Shown here in pieces: positions 53,751 to 64,000 of a DNA stretch of 64,000 nt. Both the position numbers and the translations under genes were made by a program. How positions within the stretch are numbered: position 1 is the stretch's first letter; every line of letters begins with the position of its first letter. Below the pieces are notes generated by a model. It saw only the letters and a list, made by a program, of their open reading frames with translations. It was not told where the DNA came from and made no database searches. This DNA comes from Auanema rhodensis. Its lineage: Eukaryota > Animalia > Nematoda. The stretch is taken from contig OZ059897.1 of assembly GCA_964057225.1 (NCBI GenBank), forward strand, positions 7,130,001 through 7,194,000, read 5' to 3'.

Positions 53751-56700
53751 AGAAGGAGGAATAAGAACATCAGTACCAGTCTGCTGACTCACATATCTCA
53801 TGTGCACTGTGAATCATCTTCTGGATATTCTTATACATCCGACAAGGCTTTTTAACCTTCCGTCTATCCATGTTTGAACTTTTTGTCTTCTCTAATCTCC
53901 AATTTATCTATCAATAATCTTTTCTTTTCAACTGTGTTTTTCTTTATTTGAATAGAGAGAGAAACAGAGAGAGAGAAAGAGCACTTTTCTTTGAAACAAT
54001 ATTTCCGTTTTGTCATTTCATTTGTCACTTCTATTGCTCATATCTTAAGATCGATGACAACGACAACGACGACTTTTTAACTTTTTTCTTCAAATGATTC
54101 TAATCTAATGTTAGAATAATGACAATAATAGAGATGACACAATGATGTCTTACTCTCTCTCTCTCTCTATCTCTCTCTCTCTTTCTTACTATTCCTTATG
54201 CATCATTTCAATATTTCAAGTTTATTTGTTGACCTGAAAAACCTTTTGGAACAAAGAGTACATGAAATTACAATTTGATTTCAAATATTTTCCTAAATCC
54301 ATATAGAGATGTCCTTTACCTTTACAGTTTTTTTTTTTAAATCATCTCTTCAAAACAGTCATCTTCTTCGGAATCTATGCTCATAGCATTAGCGAGTCTC
54401 ATGTCCTTCCTTCAAACATCTTGCCAATAGGCAAATCATTGAGATTTCAAATATTCACAGCAGGATGGCCAGCATGAAGCATTTCACAACTTATTAATTG
54501 CAGCTTTATCAAGTATAGTTAGTATAGATTAACTATATGATATGAGAGAAACTGTTAGAATATCCAAATCTAGATATGACATCTCTGACTATAAAACTGT
54601 TGCCAACAGTCATTATGATAGTTCTCTGATTGCAAAAATAATTTATGAGCTAAGGTCAACGAAGTGAGGGGCAAATCTCATTACTATTCGTAGTAGTAAG
54701 GAGTTTTGATTAGTATACTTAGTATTACAACAACTAGACTTATCTCATTTAGATGTAAATGATATTACATGAACTATTTCTCAGCCTTGTATACTATATA
54801 TCAAAAAAAATAGAAATTAACTATGCATATAGTTTATCTTTTTGATTATTTATGCCCAAAATGCTTTCTCATCAATACTGACAACGTTGCTATTGCTCTT
54901 CTTACTCCTGCTGCTCCTCAATCTCGTATCTCTGTTGACAAGATATTCTTTTACGAAGCAAGAAGACAGATTACCTAGTGACATATATTTCGCGCAATGA
55001 TGTAATAGTTAAGGATAGCTTATGCTTAGTTAACTATATACCATATTTATCTGATAATTAGCATAAATAAAAAAATATGTTTCAACTTTAATTATGGGTT
55101 TCAGCATGGATACATCTGAGCAATCAACCAGATATCGTGGCTACGCTCCTGCTCGGCCCTTGCTGCTTGTTGACCTGAACCTGCCTCATCTGCCATCATT
55201 AGCTTCTGATGTTCCCCTCTCTCTGAACACAATTGATGTTGTGAGTATGTTTGAAGATGTTCTTCTTCTAAAATACTTTTTCATCACGTTGGTCCAAAGA
55301 AGATGAAAGTGAGTTAGTTGAATTTCATATAAACAAACTGCTTAGAAATGCATTAGTTTTTTGATCGAATTGAGACCAATTTTTCGAGTTAAAGATCAGA
55401 ATCTACACAAAAAATTTGAAGCAGTTTTTCATTTTCACAAATAACTTATGAAAAAAACAAAAAAAAGTGTGAATTATTGACAAACCGTCCGGTGTCTAAT
55501 CTCATCAAATATTTCCTTCTTCTCAAAAAGCAAAAACATTCAAAATCTCAAAGAGCTGATCGTAAAAGCTTGATTCAGCGTATTCATATTCCCTTCCCTC
55601 TTCTACTACTCTCTAGAACTTCATATATATCTCTTAAACTTGAATACAACCGTCATGTACAATCTATCAACTGTAAATGATTGTATGAAATATTTCACGT
55701 AAATTGACGTGAGCGTGAAAATCACGTGGCTAGTATGCTCAGCATGCACATGGCAGCTGTTTCTTGACTATCGGCCATTATAAGGTAAGTTAACTATGTT
55801 GAAATATTACTGTATTACTCATTTTCTTATACTATACCATGTTTACGATTGATTTTCACAAGTTTATGATCTTTTCGAGTTTTTCCTTTCTTCTCTTGCT
55901 CTCCAACTTGTCTTTCTTTTTACTTTGAAAAGTTATACGTGTGTAGTATGTATGTGGCCATCGTTTCATTCTGTATTCATCAACTTATCCTTGGGCTTGT
56001 AAGTATCATTAAGCTTAGTGAAATAGCCTTTCTCTATTTCTCTTCAGTAAGCTCATGCTATTTCTCTTCTGATATGTTTCTGAGTATCTGGTCTTATTAG
56101 GCAATATACACACATAGATACATCTACACATGTGGTGGTTGTAGATGAAGCAGCAATATTGCCTCGGCTATTCTCATCAATGGCTCCGCATGAGACTGAT
56201 GTTTCTTCTTCTTCTCCAGCTTCTCCTCTATCTTCTGTCGTGTGTTCATCGTTGAAGCTGGCTCCAGTCTATTGCGTATTCTCATCTTCCAGCACACTTT
56301 TCGACCTCATCTTCTAACAATATAATATGGGCGGAGTCTGAATCTTTTACGTTGTCACAACGTCCGAGAGAGGGTGGAGAGAAGAGCAATTCTCATCCAG
56401 AAGAGGCGGAGCTAGGCTGGCCTTTCGGTCGTCTGTTGGTTACATCCTGGTCAGTCAACCAAATGCTTCACCACAGTCTCACAAGTCATCATCTTCACAC
56501 ATTCAGGTATGAATTTTCTAAGAATTTTTGTATTTTTCTTTGAAAACATTGTTTCAACATAATGCGGTAAATCATAGTATAATAATAGATACAGTAGTTC
56601 TAAGATCCTGAGATCACATAAGATGAGAGAGAGGCTATTGGAAATACATCTGGCTACCTAAAACCTTTTTTTTTTAAACAAAATTCTAATTAGCTAGATA

Positions 56701-57054
56701 CAATAAGTGAATTTTCTTATTGTTACTTGTCATTAAATACAATTTTCTTCGTCTTTCATTCATTTTCTCTTATAAAATCATTAAATGCAGAATTAGAACA
56801 TATGTTAAAGTATGATTTGTGAATACAGCCATGATTATCTTATTCTTTTGCCATATCCATACCATTTCCCTTCTCCAAACCCTCTCTCTTTCTCTTTCAT
56901 ATAATCTTTCTTACGCTCTCAGTCTCTTAAGAATTACCAAAAAAGACTGTGTGAGAACAGCTGTCAAATGAAAATATCTTTGTATAGTTGGTCCAGCCAT
57001 TATTCAACCTCAATCATACTGTTACCTCCTATTCCAAGTCTTTCCTTAACGCCT

Positions 57055-57102
<48 letters not shown>

Positions 57103-59786
57103 ATAACTTTCCCAACCTATAACCCTGCGTACATCATTATCTGCATTCCATTCATCAGTCCATCTGCAAATCAAAATTACTTTTCATTCACTTGTCATGT
57201 TTGAAAGCTTTTTCAAATTTTATTTCAACCAGATTACCATATTGGTCAGTCTATTTCTCAGGTTTTTTATTTATTTTTTGACCTTATTAGACCCTCGTAC
57301 TCGTTTCAATGGTTCAGTAGACTTCTCTCTCTCTTTCTCGCTCTCTCTCTCCTTCTCAATCACTCTCTTTCGACTGTCTAGGTTGACCATTCCTTACCGG
57401 AACTCCTATTTTCATGTCAGTTTAACTGTCGCGACTGAGACCATAATTGGACAGAATAGATTCAGATTTCTAAAAAAAATTATTGAGAAATCGCAATTCA
57501 TACCGTATACCATTTAACTATATGTTTTTATTATATATATATGCATATAGTTAGTGTTAATCTTAATATTTTTTTGAAAATAAAATTAAGTTTTCAGATA
57601 GAAAAATCACCTTCTATCTGCCACTTTCTCTCTCTTTCCTCATCTTTCGCCAATATATTCTCACATCTGGAACAAATAATCTGATCTCAATATCCTTTTC
57701 TTCTTTTTCTTCTAAATCACCTATTCAAATTGGAAAAAAAAGCCTTTTGATTCCAATAATTTTTCATTTTTTCCTCAATTCCATAGCTCATCATTATCCA
57801 ATTTCGATCTCATTTTCTTCTGATAATGACCTTCTAACTATCGTTCTCTTCTTAAACAACACTGTGCAATTCAGATATCAAATTCATTTTCATTGTTATC
57901 CAAGATAGTTAGAAGACTATATGTATCTAAACTATACAAATATATAATCAATATAGTTTACTGTATGATTTTTTAAAAAAATATTTATTGTATTATAGCT
58001 CATAAAGTTCATAAATTATCGTTTTTAGGCTGACATTATCACATTACTAGCCTGTGAATGGATAATGGATGACCTCCGGTGACTCTCAGTACATCATATG
58101 TTATCAGTTATTAACACCTTTTATAATCAGATTATGGTAACCTATAGCCTATCTTCTCACTAACTATGCCGCTATCACGTTTTTCTTTCAAAACCCAAAA
58201 AAAACATTTGAGGTGCATTCTTTGAAATTGCCGATCCTTATCGTCGGTAAGTGTGCTCGGCTTGCAAAGGATTGCCTTTGAATTGCTACAGTCCTAGAGG
58301 TACTTAGATCACATAGCGTCATAAGCTTGGCCAGACGAAGATCTTTTCGTCACTCACATAAGCCATCGGCTGCTGGCCATGTGTAGAGCATTACGTAAGG
58401 TGTGCACTCACAATCCTATTAGTCTTGTTTCGTTTCGTTCTCGTCGTTGCCATTGTCGCCATTCTCTTCATCTCACCTCTCGTGCTCTGAACCGTCTGTT
58501 GTTACCTCATCATGTGTCAACTCTCCTTCTCTCTTTTTCTCTCTATCTTCCTCCGTGAACCTGTCTACAACACCATAACCTATCTCCATATGTATTGTAT
58601 TCAATTCATTCATCTTATCTTTGAACTTCATCTATCAGCCCACGGAATCTTCTTCTATTTAGCCGTTTGTCGTCGAGAATGAAAGCTGCTTCCGACAGAG
58701 CTTTGCACGGTAATAGCTGTGCACATCATCATCGTTTATCCAAACTATACATCTATCTCCCATCTCATCAACCATTTTCTCTTATTTTGGTATTGTTTCT
58801 TTTACTCATGTGTCGATGGTTATGTAATCATCTGTTTGCTTGATTCAATTATCTTGTATTCAATTGAGAAGCAGCTAAAGCTGAGCCGAAACAAGCAAAA
58901 GAGATGTGAGTAAATGATCGTAGACCCCCGCTGATGATGACCTCGTTGTAGCTTGTAGCATGTGTGTGTGTGTGTCTATGTATGTATGCGTTTTCATCCA
59001 AATTTTGAAATTTTCTTTCAAAATCCCTCAGTGCAGTGCATTGAATCCGAATTGCTTTTCGTTTTCGCATGTGTTGCTCAATTCTCATTATTGTTTCGTC
59101 AAAACAATAACATTCCTTAACTATATTAACTATAATAACTATAATTTTCTTATAGTTGAAGGATTATTAAGATATTTCACACAAACAAACATACATGTAT
59201 GTATGTATGTTGTGTTATAAGCTCCTCCTCTTCCTACTTCTTCTTGTTCTTGTTCTTGTTTCTCCCTCCCCCCCCCTCATCCATAATAATAGTATGGAAG
59301 CTATAGTAATCCTTCTGCATATAAACAAATTTTTATTTTATTCAAACATTTCATCTTAACTATATGATATAGCTAGCTTCCTAACCATGCATCTCTTCTT
59401 TCTTAAACCAATATCAAAGTCCTTCATCCTCATTATCCTCATCATCTAAACATTGTCATTTCTATCTTTATTACATCTGCACCTGATAATTCAATTGTTG
59501 GCTGTAAACCTGGACTCATTTCGTGTATTCATAACCTTAGCACAGACCTTCATCCATTCTCTCTTATGTTCTCTGTGTGTTATCTCTCTCTCTCTTTCTT
59601 CTCTGAGAGAGACTTTTCCATAAAAAGGACAATTGGAAATAGACAACAAGACCTCAACCCTCCTTACTATCCATAAATCAGATATCTCCATGTGTCTCCT
59701 TATAATCAAACCAGCAGAACTATAATTCAATTACCATTTTCCCAGACATATACTTCTTTCTTATGTACATAAGACTTTTCAACTTT

Positions 59787-59861
<75 letters not shown>

Positions 59862-61981
59862 CTTTTACCTTCAAGGCTTTTGTCCCTTTCTTTTCTTATT
59901 CTTTCACCTTCTACCTGTAACCTATTCAGCTAATATCTCACTCACTCACATTCTCAATGTGAATCAGAACGGCTGACAACCTCTATTCTCATATCATATA
60001 GCCACATATGAATTGTCGTTGATACATGATCACCATATCCACCTCCACGCATTCTTGTAAGCTGCAACAACTACAGCTGCCTTCTGACATCGGTTCATGC
60101 GGAGCTAAACTGCTTCAGCTCCTCCGATTTCACTTGTCAAATCTTGATTCGTAAGCTTCTTAGACGGCAAAGACCTTCGGACTACACTGCGTATCATCCG
60201 ATTTGCGTCAAACAATTTGCAGATTTCATCCATTTTCATAAATGGCAAAGATGGCTTTACATCTGAACTACTACGCCTAGTAGTACTACTACATGCCCGT
60301 AGGCTTCTCATCTAGTTGTATCTGCATTGAGCATTAGCATTTTCCATTTCTTTGATGAAAATCTCATATTTCATCTGAATCACATCTTGATATGAGATGT
60401 TATATCCAACTAACTTTTGCTATATGGTATAGTTTATGTTCGATTACCATGAGAAGAATCAAAGTGAAAGAGCAATTACCTTATGTGGTAAGTAGGATTG
60501 CCAGAGTCTAACAACCATTTATCTTCTTTGACTCATTGCGATACAAGAACAAGCCTTCTATGTATGACAGATTTTTGAGCAGGGATTAACCTCGATTGTG
60601 AGTTGATGTCCTACCAGTTCATTCTTTCCGCTTTAGGTCGTAAAACAAACGAAATACCGCCACACATCACAAAAAACGTCTCTTCTTTCATGACAAAAAA
60701 AATAGAAAATTGAAGACAATTAGTCACATAGTTAGCTCTAACTATATATCCTTTCCTGTCTCCTCCCCTTTCTTATTCTTCGATCCAGTCTGACCTGTTA
60801 CAGATATGCATAGCTCAGTATTGGGTTGGACAACATATTGGACAGGCAATTTGAGCAATATCTACCCGGATACCATCTCTCTCTCTCTGTGTATTTCCTT
60901 TTCCAAGTCTTTTTGTATAATTCTTATCTATAATACTTATCAATAACTATATACATATAGTTTAACAGCTTTATGTTTCTTTCTATATGAAAGAACTTAA
61001 GTTTATTTTTCCTCTCTCCCCCGCTCTCTCTCATCTTCCAGCTATCTAGTATATGCCCTTTTCTACATCTAGCCTTCTACAACTTCCAAGTTTATATTAT
61101 TTTCTATGTCTATTGTCTAACTTCATCTAAACACTGTCTTAGAAGTATGCTTCATCTTCCGATCTCCAGATGTATCCGACATACCACCCTCACTCCACCC
61201 CCTTTTCTTCATTTCAAAACCAACATCTCAAGAGTTTTACCTCCTTCTTTCTCTATCTCTCACTCTCCTCTCATTTTTTTCCGAATAATTTGTGTTATTT
61301 TACCCATTTTTTCTACTTTTTCACTATTACACAATACAATCACATTTCTCATATTTTCATTAACTATATATGTAAATACTTAACTATAATTATATTTTAT
61401 CTCTTATACTACTAATTATCTCACAATATCTTGTTAATACTAACCAATAGTATTGACACAATTTCTTAAGATGATGATCATCTTACATGTCATCCTAATT
61501 AAAAGGTAACAATGTCATCTTTTTTTTGTTTTTTTTTATTTCTCTTCTGACAACCTTACACTAATTATTACGCTTCTTCTATTACTATACATATGGTTAA
61601 TATGTATAAAACTGAAACATACAGGAAACAGGAACAGGAACATGGCTACGGGTCAGATTAATTGGACCTCTCCTGCTCTGTTTGAGCACAATTGACTAGA
61701 TCATTTCCATATATATGGTCATGCTTTGTCGCATACAAAGGACCTGCCCTCCTCTTCTCTACTCTCTCTCTCTCCCTCTCTTGTTCACTTGCTTGTCTGC
61801 TTACTTGCTTTTCATTTTATTTACTTGTTAATCCTCCATATGTATATTGTCTCTCACATAACTTACCAATTTCATTTGCTCCAAACTCCTCGTCGTCTAT
61901 TGCCATTTCATCGTATCGTCATGTATACTTGTCATATCATAATCAAGCTTATACTCACTTGTGTCTATTCATTTCAGAATC

Positions 61982-64000
61982 ATGAACCGTATTGTGCTTG
62001 CCCTGCTTGCCATCATCTCATGTGCTCTAGCCAATCAGCGCTTACACGATCTGCCACAACCTGATATATGTAAGAATGGAGGAGAATTTGTTGGAGTGAG
62101 TTTTCATATTTTTGATTGAAACAATCACTTTCTGAGTTTTACAAATGAAATGCGGGAGCCTAAGAAGAGAAGCATAAAGCATTTTTCCTCTGATTACTTC
62201 AAACTGTTTCTTCAACAATGAAATGTAGTCAGTTGAAACAATTTGATATATCCTCTCGATTGGCTCAATTTTCTTTCGGTCACTAAACTAACGAAGTGCC
62301 AATCAGAGGGGTTAGGGGTAAACTGGGAGAAGAAGAGGTTGAAGAATGAGGACGAGAGTTGAGACAACAACGAGAATTGCGAAGAAACCAATTGATGTCT
62401 TCGTCATTCTCTGTCAAATTTTGGATTTTATTCAAATCACTCACAAACGAAAAGTCTTTATATAGTAGTTTCGATTGAATACATTAATCTTTTTGACATG
62501 ATAAGTCATTACAATCCAGATGACAAGCCTAATCTCTAGATAGTAGAAGAGGAGAAAGGGCGTTATGTGCTCTTCCTCTAGCTGACAATACTGATCTGAA
62601 TGGAAATTATTAGCCGACGATTAAGCATGAAATCAAGAAATTTCATTTAAATAATTAAATCGAAGATAGTTAACTATACATATAGTAATGTATATGTTAT
62701 ACAAGCTGTTTAACTTAATTTCAATCTTACACGCATCATCATTAGCATTGAAGTTCATGATCATGCGTTCAGCAACATCTTGAATGTTATTCAACATTTG
62801 ACCTTGAATCATAATTTTCTTGAGAACAAATTAGGCTCTTCAAGTTACATCTGGCTGTCTAGTAAGCAGGTGACATGTCTTGAATCCAAAAAAAAAAAGA
62901 AAATCCTTACGAGGTCGAAGTAAAAACAGTTACTCTATCTAAGAGAAAGAACACACTTCAATCACCTCATATGCATATGTTATTCAAAAAAATCAGTCAG
63001 ACGAGTGGAGATTCAATAATCAGATCGTAAAAAACCTAAAATACAGTAAAGTGGTTCACATAAGCGCAGGTTAATCTCCAGAATACAAGACCCTCAGTTG
63101 GAGATTGGACTAATCCCTCTAGCCACTATCTCTCAACAGCCTACTCAAACGCATGTATGTAGTGTAACCTCGACAACATGCGCTTATCTCGTCCTCCTGC
63201 GATGCCATTGAGACTGAGGAGACATCGTTGTTGTATTAGGGTTGCACCTCTTCATGTTGGAATCGTGCTGTGACCATATCTGACCGGAATTTAGATGATT
63301 CTGACATTCAATTACATGTTCTCTCATCTATCTTCTGCTCAGCTTTTTTAGAGCGTTGTGATGATTCAACTCCAGATGGTCATATCTGTTAGTGGAAACA
63401 CTAACAACAGCTTAACTATGCTGTCAGATTGCAAGCTCATCAGACATCATGCATAGTTCAGAGGTTGAAAAGCCACTTGAAGCATAGTTTTTTCTTCCCA
63501 ACTGACGTAATACCACTCTCACCAAACAATTCATAAACAGAACAGTAGCATTAAGACAATGAAGGATATTAAGAATATAATTTGCATATCTTCATGTATA
63601 TGGCATATATATACTTAACTATGCTATATAGTATTTACTATATCTTTGATATTTCAGGGCAAATGTGAATGTACACTTCGTTATGAAGGAGAATTCTGTG
63701 AAGAAGAGAGATGCTTGAATGGTGGACGTCGCTTTAAGCATAGAGGAAAGGTTGGCTGCCGTTGTCCATATGGATTAGCTGGAGAGAGATGTGAGAAAGT
63801 TACTCAATGTGAAGCTGGAAAAGGTAATTTGTCTTTCAAACGTCTCTAATATTCATACTGTAACCGTTTTAGGAAAACTTGTTAATGGCAAATGCGAATG
63901 CTTCGAGAGAAATACTGGAATTTTCTGTCAGGAACGTCTGTGTTATAATGGAATTCCAACGGGTGGAAACGATGGACTCTGCCTCTGTGACGTTGGATTC
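61982..64000 (+). CDS. Secreted or cell-surface EGF-like repeat protein, 5' part (runs off the window)
   Basis: Acceptor TTTCAG just before the ATG. Exon 61982-62095 encodes signal peptide MNRIVLALLAIISCALA and CKNGG; exons 63658-63823 and 63873-end give tandem EGF units (CECTLRYEGEFC, CLNGG..CRCPYGLAGERC, CECFERNTGIFC, CYNG..CLCDVGF). Confidence 0.92.

Overview
AT-rich eukaryotic DNA, almost certainly a nematode: most introns are about 45 nt with TTTCAG-type acceptors, and there is a Str-superfamily chemoreceptor and nematode protist-type lysozymes. Most entries in the supplied ORF track are microsatellite or intron noise, so I spliced the genes by hand. Genes: intron-containing histone H1 (+, 2369-3175); a Q/N/P-rich single-pass membrane protein (-, 5175-19774, probable 10.3-kb first intron); three intact GH25-like lysozymes, two of them in a near-identical ~1.8-kb inverted duplication 15.8 kb apart, plus at least four decayed lysozyme remnants and an orphan 3'UTR; a secreted 12-Cys protein with two furin sites (-, 26634-28165); an NDUFA4/B12D-like mitochondrial protein (-, 35244-36355); an Srh/Sri-type GPCR (+, 40463-42751) with a 36-bp higher-order minisatellite in intron 1; and the 5' part of a secreted EGF-repeat gene (+, 61982 to the window end). 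I see no tRNA, rRNA, CRISPR array or intact transposase. I cannot claim a clearly new biological system. The best leads are the birth-and-death lysozyme cluster (inverted duplication, an intron more conserved than its exon, loss of the catalytic motif), a dispersed TTAACTAT motif enriched from 26 to 64 kb, strand-biased long upstream domains, the two-domain furin-cleaved secreted protein, and the coding-like minisatellite.
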